Part shown: one piece after another, positions 36,960 through 45,691 of the stretch
Layout of the letters: each line of letters starts with the position of its first letter
How positions within the stretch are numbered: the first letter of the stretch is position 1
Assembly (NCBI GenBank): GCA_964484565.1
Contig: CAZAGG010000001.1
Coordinates: 25,066 to 89,065 of the forward strand
Source of the DNA: an uncultured Rickettsiales bacterium
GTDB lineage: Bacteria > Pseudomonadota > Alphaproteobacteria > Rickettsiales > CAZAGG01
Direction: 5' to 3'
Length of the DNA: 64,000 nt
Translations under genes and position numbers: made by a program
The notes under the pieces: model-generated
What the model saw: only the letters and a program-made list of their open reading frames with translations
What the model was told of the DNA's origin: nothing
Databases searched by the model: none

Positions 36960-38339
36960 CTATTTATCTTTGTAAGGATTATCAGTTTTTCTAATGCTTA
37001 ACCTTATCGGCACGCCAGGTAATTTAAATGACTCACGCAGAGAGTTAAGCAAATATCTTATATATGAGCTAGGAAGTTTTTCAGGTCTGCTGCTAAAAAT
37101 AATGAAAGATGGTGGGCGGCTTTTGGTTTGAGTAGCATATTTAAGTCTTACTTTTCTACCCATCACAGCAGGAGGGGGATTATTAGTCTCAACCTCAGAA
37201 AGCCATTGATTTATCTGGCTTGTAGATATTTTTCGGTTCCATATCTCATAAAACTTTAGACAGCTTCTTACAAGTTCCTTGATATTTTTTCCTTGTTTTG
37301 CTGAAATTGTAATGACTGGTACACCCTTAACTTGCGGGAGGACATTGCTCAACCTTCCTTCTAACGCACGCATATAAGTTTCTTTGCTAACTTCAACTTT
37401 ATCCCATTTATTAATTGCAATTACTAAGGCTCTTCCTTCATCAATAACTAGCCTTGCAATATTTAAATCCTGTTTTTCAAGGGGAATTTCCGCATCAAGC
37501 AGAAGGATAACCACATGTGCATATTGAATTGTTCTGAGGGTATCTTTCACAGCCATGCGCTCTAAGCCCTCGTTTACTTTGGCTCTTCTTCGCATTCCAG
37601 CGGTATCGACAAGTTTAATCCTACTTCCCTCAAATTCCCATTCTACCGCTATTGAATCTCTGGTTAAACCCGGTTCTGCGCCAGTTAAAACTCTGTTTTC
37701 ACCGATTAAAGCATTCAGAAGTGTAGATTTTCCAGCGTTTGGCCTGCCAACTATTGCAATTTGAATAGCTTTTTCTTCATCTGAATCATCATCTAAATCC
37801 ACATCTATTTCTGAGCTAAAATTATCTGAATCTGCATCATCTTCTTCGGGTTGGTTTTCTGCAACTGCTTGATATAAGTCTAACATTCCATCGCCGTGTG
37901 CTGCTGATATGCAGACTGGCTCTCCAAAGCCAAGTTTCTGAAATTCTGCGATTGCCGTTTGATATGATGACTGCTTTTCCGCTTTATTGGCAACTAGAAT
38001 AATCTTCTTGCCACTTTTTCTAAGCCAGTTGGCAAAGAACTTATCCTGCGGAGTAATTCCTTCTTTTGAATCAACTACAAAGAAAGCAAAGTCACATTCG
38101 TTAAGCGCAATTTCTGTTTGTTCCATCATGCGTTTTTGAATGCTTCCTTTGTCTCCATCATCTAACCCTGCCGTATCTATCACCTGAAATTTTAGCTGTC
38201 CTAGTGATGCCTCGCCAAAACGTCTGTCACGCGTAACCCCTGGTTCATCATGAACAAGAGCATGATGCTTACCTGTTAAGCGATTGAATAAAGTCGATTT
38301 TCCGACATTAGGTCTTCCTATAATTGCAATCTTGGTCAT
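36960..38339 (-). CDS. der: ribosome-biogenesis GTPase Der (EngA)
   Basis: 459 aa with two tandem G domains (GRPNVGKST...DTAG...NKAE and GRPNAGKST...DTAGMR...NKWD) plus a KH-like C-terminus. An acidic linker (EEDDADSDN...DLDDDSDEE) joins the G domains. Confidence 0.95.
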   Translation of the reverse strand: MTKIAIIGRPNVGKSTLFNRLTGKHHALVHDEPGVTRDRRFGEASLGQLKFQVIDTAGLDDGDKGSIQKRMMEQTEIALNECDFAFFVVDSKEGITPQDKFFANWLRKSGKKIILVANKAEKQSSYQTAIAEFQKLGFGEPVCISAAHGDGMLDLYQAVAENQPEEDDADSDNFSSEIDVDLDDDSDEEKAIQIAIVGRPNAGKSTLLNALIGENRVLTGAEPGLTRDSIAVEWEFEGSRIKLVDTAGMRRRAKVNEGLERMAVKDTLRTIQYAHVVILLLDAEIPLEKQDLNIARLVIDEGRALVIAINKWDKVEVSKETYMRALEGRLSNVLPQVKGVPVITISAKQGKNIKELVRSCLKFYEIWNRKISTSQINQWLSEVETNNPPPAVMGRKVRLKYATQTKSRPPSFIIFSSRPEKLPSSYIRYLLNSLRESFKLPGVPIRLSIRKTDNPYKDK

Positions 38340-38363
38340 TTGATTATTATTTTTATTCTAAAT

Positions 38364-38684
38364 TTACTTTGTTACCGTGTTTTCAACCATCCACTTTGCA
38401 TAGCCCTCATTAATCGCATCGGCTGATATTTCAATAATTGCGGGGCATGAGTAAGGATGAAGCCTTTCAATCGTATTCCTAACATCATTTACTTTATGGG
38501 CAGTGGTTTTGGCAAGCATAATCACCTCTTGGTCTTCAACTATATCGTCATTCCAGCGATATGATGAAAAAACATTTGCAATAATATTAACACATGCAGC
38601 AGCATTTTCGGCAATAATCTCTCTTGCCACGACATCAGCAGATTCTTTATTTGGAAAAGTAGAGTATATAAGTGATATTTTCAT
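38364..38684 (-). CDS. cutA: divalent-cation tolerance protein CutA
   Basis: 106 aa with AACVNI...SSYRW......E..ML.KTT......HPYS.PAI, the CutA1 pattern. Confidence 0.85.
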   Translation of the reverse strand: MKISLIYSTFPNKESADVVAREIIAENAAACVNIIANVFSSYRWNDDIVEDQEVIMLAKTTAHKVNDVRNTIERLHPYSCPAIIEISADAINEGYAKWMVENTVTK

Positions 38685-38725
38685 TTCTGAATTGATTTAA
38701 TCTCAATAGGGTTTATAGCTTAATC

Positions 38726-39226
38726 ATGACTGAAAGATGGACAACTATAGAGCTTTTTAAAGAGAGTTTCAAATTCTCTGCGGGGCATTTTACTATTTTT
38801 GATGAAAAGAATAGAGAAAATATTCACGGTCATAACTTCTCTTTATATGTTTCCTTTGATGCCCTAATTGAGAGAGACGGAATTATCTTTGATTACAGCC
38901 TTGCCAAGCAATACATTCAAAATTTATGCGGGGAGTATAATGAGTTTTTCTTAGTTCCTGAGAAATCTAGACATTTACGTATAGAAAAGGATTCTAACTA
39001 TACATATCTGCATTTTAATAACGAAAAAATTCCGTTTTTGCATAGGGATGTGAAATTTCTACCAGTTGAGAATATTACCGTTGAGGATCTCTCGCAATAT
39101 TTTCTGGATATTATCGTCAAAGACTTTGTTCTAAAGAATAATTTTGCTATTAGAGCGGCAGAAGTAAAGGTATTTTCAGGGCCAGGGCAGTGCTCAAATG
39201 CAAGATGGGTGAAGAATAAATCATGA
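38726..39226 (+). CDS. 6-pyruvoyl-tetrahydropterin synthase (PTPS/QueD) family protein lacking the catalytic Cys
   Basis: 166 aa. FKFSAGHF...RENIHGHNF matches the FSAAH...HGH zinc-ligand pattern of the PTPS fold. The Cys of the usual CxxxHGH is absent (the sequence is R-E-N-I-H-G-H). Confidence 0.7.
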   Translation: MTERWTTIELFKESFKFSAGHFTIFDEKNRENIHGHNFSLYVSFDALIERDGIIFDYSLAKQYIQNLCGEYNEFFLVPEKSRHLRIEKDSNYTYLHFNNEKIPFLHRDVKFLPVENITVEDLSQYFLDIIVKDFVLKNNFAIRAAEVKVFSGPGQCSNARWVKNKS

Positions 39227-39918
39227 AAAACCTTCTCATTATCACGGGAGCGAGCAGGGGCATTGGCCTGAAAACAGCAGAATTATTTAAAGATAGCGGT
39301 TGGGATGTTATTAATATCTCACGCTCTATCTGCGATATAGATTCCGTTAAAAACTATCAGATAGATTTGGCTGATTTAAAATCAGTTGCAGATATTTGCA
39401 GTGAAATTTCTAGCGAGATTAAAGAATATTCGAAGGTTTCTATAGTTCATAATGCATCTATACTTCAGAAGGATAGCTATAAGAATCTAGATCAGGCAAG
39501 TTTTGAGCGAGTCATGCGGGTAAATGTAATTTCCGCTCAAGTTATTAACATGCAACTTGTTGATTTGCTGCCAAATGGCTCATCTGTGATTTTTGTAGGC
39601 TCAACTTTGTCTGAGAAGGCGGCTCCGAATTCTACTTCTTACACCGTTTCAAAACATGCAATCGCTGGGGTTATGAAGTCACTCGCGCAAGATATTTCTG
39701 GTAAAAACATACACACAGCCTTAGTTTGCCCTGGTTTTACAGAAACAGAAATGCTTATGGCACATCTAAATAATGATAAAGAAGTTATAGAGGCTGTTAA
39801 GCAAATGGTTTTAATGAAGCGACTCATAAAACCTGAGGAAATAGCCTCTCTCATTCTCTTTGCAGCAAATAACCCAGTAATTAACGGCTCAGTTCTTCAC
39901 GCAAACTTAGGGCAGTGA
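39223..39918 (+). CDS. short-chain dehydrogenase/reductase (sepiapterin-reductase-like context)
   Basis: 231 aa with the TGASRGIG cofactor motif and YTVSKHA (YxxxK) catalytic motif. The start overlaps the PTPS-like stop (ATGA). Confidence 0.8.
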   Translation: MKNLLIITGASRGIGLKTAELFKDSGWDVINISRSICDIDSVKNYQIDLADLKSVADICSEISSEIKEYSKVSIVHNASILQKDSYKNLDQASFERVMRVNVISAQVINMQLVDLLPNGSSVIFVGSTLSEKAAPNSTSYTVSKHAIAGVMKSLAQDISGKNIHTALVCPGFTETEMLMAHLNNDKEVIEAVKQMVLMKRLIKPEEIASLILFAANNPVINGSVLHANLGQ

Positions 39919-39934
39919 GAAGACAGATTATTTG

Positions 39935-40444
39935 CTATCTATTTCGTGCGCTTTGCTTTGCCATTGCAACATCATTACTTAGCTCGCCCATGAATAGTTT
40001 AAGACAATGAGGATTAGAAAGTATATCTAGTATTACGTTACAATTATCTACTTCTACCTTAAGTCCAATTTTTGATAAAAATTCTTTTAAAGTTCGCGCT
40101 TCCTCATTGTTATTTAAAGCAAATATGAAATGAGTAGCAATATGATCTTTTAAAGATCTAATAGATCCGTTTGATTGTCTGCCACTTATTAAATCACTTA
40201 CTTTTTGCTCTCTGGCATTTATAGTTATATGTGCAGAATCTCTTCCAAGATCAGGAACTCTGTTATTTTGACTCCTAGCATAAGATATATTCTTATGGCC
40301 TATTTTGTCATCTCCAGTAGCTGATTCATTAACTGGATGAAACAGTGTTGATTCATAATTTATAAAAGAAGCCAAAACATTTAATTCAAGTTTCAATTTT
40401 GCATATTCTTCAATTAGCAGGCAATCTCTTCTTTTTGTAGACAT
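39935..40444 (-). CDS. hypothetical protein
   Basis: The listed ORF runs to 40570 and overlaps bioF. I prefer the internal ATG at 40444 (MSTKRRD...) because AAGGAAAAGAG lies just upstream. This gives 169 aa with no recognisable motifs. Confidence 0.45.
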   Translation of the reverse strand: MSTKRRDCLLIEEYAKLKLELNVLASFINYESTLFHPVNESATGDDKIGHKNISYARSQNNRVPDLGRDSAHITINAREQKVSDLISGRQSNGSIRSLKDHIATHFIFALNNNEEARTLKEFLSKIGLKVEVDNCNVILDILSNPHCLKLFMGELSNDVAMAKQSARNR

Positions 40445-40536
40445 ACTCTTTTCCTTGTAAGAATTATGGCATAACACATATGCGCTGAAAACATGTCTAG
40501 TATATTTTGTGTAAAAATATCTGTTAAGTGAATTAT

Positions 40537-41649
40537 TTATGACAACAAAAATTCTTGCAAAGTGTTGCAAAATCTCACTATATCATCATCGTTGTGGCTT
40601 GCTGAAAATGCTAAACGAAGGCGCGAAGTATTTGCGGGAACGGTGGGGGGTCTGATTGCCGAAACAAGAAAGCCATATTCTTCTAATTTTCTTGAAATCT
40701 CGACTGTTTTGGTCGCTTCTCCAATGATTATTGGCACAATCTGGGTTTCTACCTTAAGTCCTATACTTTCCAGCATTTTAGCTTTTCTTAAAGGCTCTTT
40801 AAGAGTGGATGGATTTTGTTCAATATATTGAACGGCTCCAATTGCAGCAGCTAGCGCAGAAGAGGGGAGTGCGGTTGTAAAAATTATACTGCGCGCTGAA
40901 TTTATAAAATAATCTTTTACAACTTTACTAGAACATATATATCCGCCATATGATGCGAAAGTTTTGGAGAGTGTTCCGACTAATATATCTGCTTTGCTGC
41001 ATCCAAAGTCTAAGTTGTGTGCGTCATCAACTAAAAGCCATGCATCAAAGTTTTTTGCTAGGTTTGATATATTATCAATGTCAGCTTTATCGCCATCCAT
41101 GCTAAATACCGATTCAGTTACAATAAGACACTTATTATATTTATATCTTTCATTTTTAAGAATATTCTCGAGATGAGCAATATCGTTATGTTGATAGCGG
41201 AATATTTTCGCGCCTGACAATATTGCAGCGTCAATCATGCAGGCGTGTGAGAGCTTATCCAAAATTATTATATCGCCAGAAGAAACCAAAGATGTAATTG
41301 CGGCAAGATTTGCAAGATAACCGCTTCCCGCAACTAGGCTTGCTTCATATCCCTTCAATTTTGCAAGTCTATCTTCCAGTATGCCATATAATGGGCAAGA
41401 GCCTGTAACCAGACGAGATGCACCCGCACCAGTTCCATATTCATTAATGGCAGAAATCATTAATGATTTTATTTCATGATTTTGAGTGAGTCCCAGATAA
41501 TCATTACAGGAAAACGATGTTAGAATTCTTCCATCATCGGTTTTGATATAGGGATATTCAGCTCGGTTAAATTGCCTGATTACTCTTTTGCAGCCTTTAT
41601 TTTCGGCGGCTATTAAAGATTTTACGGCAAATTCATCAATACTTTTCAT
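40537..41649 (-). CDS. bioF: 8-amino-7-oxononanoate synthase
   Basis: 370 aa of the alpha-oxoamine synthase family, with a PLP-lysine context (GTLSKTFASYGG) and SNDYLGL-like CNDYLGL. It is divergent from bioB. Confidence 0.85.
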   Translation of the reverse strand: MKSIDEFAVKSLIAAENKGCKRVIRQFNRAEYPYIKTDDGRILTSFSCNDYLGLTQNHEIKSLMISAINEYGTGAGASRLVTGSCPLYGILEDRLAKLKGYEASLVAGSGYLANLAAITSLVSSGDIIILDKLSHACMIDAAILSGAKIFRYQHNDIAHLENILKNERYKYNKCLIVTESVFSMDGDKADIDNISNLAKNFDAWLLVDDAHNLDFGCSKADILVGTLSKTFASYGGYICSSKVVKDYFINSARSIIFTTALPSSALAAAIGAVQYIEQNPSTLKEPLRKAKMLESIGLKVETQIVPIIIGEATKTVEISRKLEEYGFLVSAIRPPTVPANTSRLRLAFSASHNDDDIVRFCNTLQEFLLS

Positions 41650-41685
41650 AAAAAAGTGTTATCACATAGTTCGATTTGAGTATAT

Positions 41686-42735
41686 ATGTTAGCTCACAAA
41701 AAATTAAGCGGATTAAAAATGCTAGTCGAAGAAAAGCAGAAACAAGATATTGTCACTGATAATTCCCATTACAGCGGGGATAAGTCCTACGATGAAAATA
41801 TTAGACATGACTGGAAGAAAAACGAAGTTATGGCTTTGTTCAATATGCCGTTTATAGATTTGATATTTAAAGCGCAAAGTATTCATAGGCAATATTTTGA
41901 TGCAAATTCGGTTCAACTATCTACACTTCTTAGCATTAAAACTGGTGGATGCGCTGAAGACTGTGCTTATTGTCCACAGAGCGCAAAGTATGACACTGGC
42001 CTAAAAGCCGATAAATTGATGGATAAAGATTCCATTGTATCCGCTGCGCAAAATGCTAAAGATGCTGGTGCTTCTCGTTTTTGCATGGGTGCAGCGTGGA
42101 GAGAGCCCAAAGATAGAGATATGGATAAACTTGCAGAAATTGTTGAAGCTGTCAAATCTCTGGGACTTGAAACATGCATGACACTTGGAATGCTCAAAAA
42201 AGGGCAGGCGGAAAAGCTCAAAAATGCTGGTCTTGATTATTACAATCATAATATAGACACATCTGAAGAGTTTTATGATAAAATCATTACCACCAGAACT
42301 TACTCAGACAGACTTGAGACTTTAGAAAACGTGCGCAACTCAGGCATGAAGGTTTGCTGTGGTGGAATAGTAGGAATGGGCGAAACTCTTGAAGACAGGG
42401 CAGGGATGTTGATTACTCTAGCCAATCTTCCAGAACATCCGCAGAGTGTGCCAATTAATATGTTGGTGCAGGTTGAGGGAACTCCTCTATCACAAGCTGA
42501 AAAACTCGATAACTTTGATTTTATCAAAACCATTGCAGTAGCAAGAATCATGATGCCCAAGTCTTATGTAAGACTTTCAGCTGGAAGAGAGAATATGGCT
42601 GAGGAAGCGCAAGCTCTATGCTTTATAGCAGGTGCAAACTCTATATTTTATGGAGAAAAACTTCTCACAACGAAAAACCCTGAGCAAAATAAAGATGCAA
42701 AGTTATTCGTAAAACTAGGCATAAACGCCGTTTAG
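41686..42735 (+). CDS. bioB: biotin synthase
   Basis: It has the radical-SAM motif [11 protein letters not shown] and the downstream YNHN and SxGxxxxR regions. The N-terminus is about 40 aa longer than E. coli BioB, so the true start may be Met12 (41719). Confidence 0.9.
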   Translation: MLAHKKLSGLKMLVEEKQKQDIVTDNSHYSGDKSYDENIRHDWKKNEVMALFNMPFIDLIFKAQSIHRQYFDANSVQLSTLLSIKTGGCAEDCAYCPQSAKYDTGLKADKLMDKDSIVSAAQNAKDAGASRFCMGAAWREPKDRDMDKLAEIVEAVKSLGLETCMTLGMLKKGQAEKLKNAGLDYYNHNIDTSEEFYDKIITTRTYSDRLETLENVRNSGMKVCCGGIVGMGETLEDRAGMLITLANLPEHPQSVPINMLVQVEGTPLSQAEKLDNFDFIKTIAVARIMMPKSYVRLSAGRENMAEEAQALCFIAGANSIFYGEKLLTTKNPEQNKDAKLFVKLGINAV

Positions 42736-42970
42736 TTTTATCGAATTGACACATACAGAATTTCTGCACACTCATCAAAAGAATAACTTATTCTTATATT
42801 CTTACACTTTTTTGTATTTTTTTTCTTTTTTTTCTTAATTCTTTACACCTTTGCGTTAGTCGCATAATATATATTATGGAAGAAATGGGTGGGGTGAGAA
42901 CAAATTATGAGTGTTGTAAAAATGGATAATTGAATAGGTTGAAAAGGAAGAATGAGTAAACAAAATAAAA

Positions 42971-43855
42971 TTAACGTCCACTGAGTTCGCGTGCATTTTC
43001 ATCTGATCTAGCTTGCTTTTGCGATGCATATTGTGCGGCGATTTTATATTTACAAGACTCTATTAGCTTTGCTGATTCATCCTCATTAATAACCTTGCGT
43101 TCCTTTAGTGCGTCTATGAGATTATACGCTTGATCTAAACCCCAATCTTTATTCCAAAACATGCTTTTAAGTATCTTCATTTTCGGAAAAGGCTCTCTAT
43201 TATCTGATGGGGCAATTGGGTGAAATGCAAGTAGCTTTAAAACATCTTCAACATTATTTGGGCATTCTGTGCTTGTTTTATAACCTTTATAAAACTGCGT
43301 AGCTTTATCTAGCAGTTTATTATAATAATCTTCACCAAGTTTTTCTTTTATGTAATACTTAGCTGTTTTGCTGTATTTATCAGCTAAATAAATATTCGCT
43401 CCAGCAGCAATAAGAGCTTCAACAATTTCTGTGTGGCCCTCTTGAGCAGCCCTCATTAGTGCTGTATTGCGATCATTAAGATCTGCCCCAGCAGCTATAA
43501 GAGCTTTAACAACTTCTGTATGACCTCCAGTAGCAGCTAAAATTAATGAGTTACTACCAAAATTATTTTTTGCATTAACATCTGCTCCTGCTTTGATAAG
43601 AGCTTCAACAACTTTTGTATACCCTTTAGTAGCAGCCCAGATTAGTGCTGTATAGCCATTATCATCAAATGCTTTAAAATCAATAATGTTTTTAACAAGA
43701 GTTAATAACTCATCTTCTCTTGCTAAAAGCTCTTCCTTATATTCTTTAGAACTTTTGTCTTGGTTTTCATGTTTCTTATAAACAAGATCAAAAAACTCTT
43801 CAGTTCTTTTCTTTACTTCTTCGCTGATGTTAGGTGAGAATTTTAAATTAGCCAT
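42971..43855 (-). CDS. ankyrin-repeat protein
   Basis: 294 aa with at least three or four tandem ANK repeats (GYTALIWAATKGYTKVVEALIKAGADVNAKNN / GSNSLILAATGGHTEVVKALIAAGADLNDRN / TALMRAAQEGHTEIVEALIAAGANIY). These are flanked by non-repeat N- and C-terminal regions. Confidence 0.9.
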   Translation of the reverse strand: MANLKFSPNISEEVKKRTEEFFDLVYKKHENQDKSSKEYKEELLAREDELLTLVKNIIDFKAFDDNGYTALIWAATKGYTKVVEALIKAGADVNAKNNFGSNSLILAATGGHTEVVKALIAAGADLNDRNTALMRAAQEGHTEIVEALIAAGANIYLADKYSKTAKYYIKEKLGEDYYNKLLDKATQFYKGYKTSTECPNNVEDVLKLLAFHPIAPSDNREPFPKMKILKSMFWNKDWGLDQAYNLIDALKERKVINEDESAKLIESCKYKIAAQYASQKQARSDENARELSGR

Positions 43856-43942
43856 TCTTAGTGCAAATTATATATATTATTAAAATTACACGCAATATAA
43901 CACAGCAATATTAACCTTTTGTGACGTAAATAGAGCTAAAAA

Positions 43943-45631
43943 CTAAAAACAATCTTTATTATAATGCTCTAGCCATTCGAGTTCTTCTGAAGTTAGCATA
44001 GAGAAATCTACCGACTCTTCATCTATAGGAACTTTGGTAAGTGTTTCAAAGCCTAATAGCTTTTTACCATTTTCCATTTTACCGCAGTCTATAACTAAAA
44101 CCAGATTTTCAATTCTGATTCCATATTCCCCAGCTTTGTAATAACCAGGTTCGTTTGAAAGTATCATTCCCTCTCGGAGAATAACATTGCTTGCAAGACG
44201 GCTTATTCTTTGCGGCCCTTCATGAACGGATAGAAAGCTCCCTACCCCATGCCCTGTGCCATGATCAAAATCTTTGCCATTTTGCCAGAGAAATTGTCTG
44301 GCTAAAATGTCTATATGCGCTCCTGTTGTGCCTTCTGGAAATCTAATTCGCGCTATTGCAATGTGCCCTTTTAAAACCAATGTAAAATTACGCTTTTGTG
44401 ATTTTGTGGGAGTGCCTATAGAAATCGTTCTGGTAATATCAGTTGTAGCATCAAGATATTGCCCGCCTGAATCGACAAGATATAGGCCGTCTCCCTTAAC
44501 CAAAATATCTTCGCCTTTTTTCGCTCTGTAATGCACAATTGCGCCATTGCTATTATAGCCAGAAATCGTTGCAAAACTTGGAGAGACATATAAATCTTGC
44601 TTAGAGCGATAAGAATCGAGAATTTCAGCAAGCTCACTCTCACTGTAATATTTCTGGTTCTTAAGCTCTTCCTTGAGCCATTTAATGAATGCAGTTACAG
44701 CTTTGCCATCTCTAATGTGGGCATTTCGCATGCCTTGAATTTCAACCTGATTTTTGCATGCCTTTGGCATTTGACACGGGTCTGCCATTTCAATATATGC
44801 CGCAGCTCTACTAAATATTGCTGATGGAGCGATTGAAGGGTCAAGCGCAATTCTTCCCAACTCACTAATATTATTCTTGAAATTTCCTATATTCTTAACC
44901 GTAACCCCCTGCCCTAAATGCTCGAGTAATTCAGGTTTTAACTTATCATGATCAGAGTTTAAAAATAGCGTTGAACTTCCATCCGCCTTTATTGCGGCGT
45001 ATCCCAGCACGAATGGGGTGTATGGAACATCCCTCCCCCTAATGTTATATAACCAACATAAAGAATCAGGTGCAGTAATTATAAGTGCATCAGCACCAGA
45101 GCTTTTTACCTGTGATGCAAGAGCTGCAATTTTATCTTGATGATGAACCCCAGAATATATAAGGGGATGCGGAAATATCTCGCTAGAATTTGCCTTTGGT
45201 TTCTCATACCAGATCAAATCAACAAGATTTTCACATGCTCGCATATTAAGAGTTGCATATCTTCTAAGCTGAGAACGAGTAAACAGCCAGTCATCATACG
45301 CGACAACATCATTTAATGAGGCGTTTACGGAAAGCCATTCTTCTGGCATTAGGTCTGCAACATTGTGTATTTCAAATATGGTTTTATCAACCTGAAATCC
45401 TGCTTGCAGGGTGTATCTGCCATCAACAAATATTGCAGCTTTATCACGAGTTATAACTACTGTTCCAGAAGAGCCACTAAATCCAGTTAACCACTCAACC
45501 CTTGCCGAATGAGCTGGCAGGTATTCATTCTGAAATTCATCATGCACTGGTTGAACAAATGCAAATAGATCTCTTTGCTCTAACTCATCTCGTAACTTTT
45601 TAACTTTTTCTATGCAGTCAATCATTGGCAA
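43943..45631 (-). CDS. pepP: Xaa-Pro aminopeptidase (M24B, aminopeptidase P family)
   Basis: 562 aa with a C-terminal pita-bread domain (DSGGQY.D.TTDITRT, HGTGHGVG, EPGYY, RIEN metal ligands). Confidence 0.85.
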   Translation of the reverse strand: MPMIDCIEKVKKLRDELEQRDLFAFVQPVHDEFQNEYLPAHSARVEWLTGFSGSSGTVVITRDKAAIFVDGRYTLQAGFQVDKTIFEIHNVADLMPEEWLSVNASLNDVVAYDDWLFTRSQLRRYATLNMRACENLVDLIWYEKPKANSSEIFPHPLIYSGVHHQDKIAALASQVKSSGADALIITAPDSLCWLYNIRGRDVPYTPFVLGYAAIKADGSSTLFLNSDHDKLKPELLEHLGQGVTVKNIGNFKNNISELGRIALDPSIAPSAIFSRAAAYIEMADPCQMPKACKNQVEIQGMRNAHIRDGKAVTAFIKWLKEELKNQKYYSESELAEILDSYRSKQDLYVSPSFATISGYNSNGAIVHYRAKKGEDILVKGDGLYLVDSGGQYLDATTDITRTISIGTPTKSQKRNFTLVLKGHIAIARIRFPEGTTGAHIDILARQFLWQNGKDFDHGTGHGVGSFLSVHEGPQRISRLASNVILREGMILSNEPGYYKAGEYGIRIENLVLVIDCGKMENGKKLLGFETLTKVPIDEESVDFSMLTSEELEWLEHYNKDCF

Positions 45632-45691
45632 TATTCTCAGTTTATATTATACTAGTGAAGGATAGTAAAAATATTGATAACAGGGCAAAAA

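Noticed and set aside
40445-40570. Longer version of the 39935 ORF overlapping the bioF 3-prime end
   Set aside because: The internal ATG at 40444 has a purine-rich SD. The upstream 42 codons overlap bioF and look non-coding.
41650-41720. Search for a BirA or BioR operator in the bioF/bioB divergent region
   Set aside because: Only a loose TTATCACATA was seen, which does not fit the TTATMKATAA BioR box or the BirA inverted repeat.
42781-42850. Hairpin GAATAA-C-TTATTC and long T-runs after bioB as a terminator or phase-variable tract
   Set aside because: The stem is only 6 AT-rich bp. The T-runs are interrupted and lie in a non-coding convergent spacer, so there is no evidence for phase variation.
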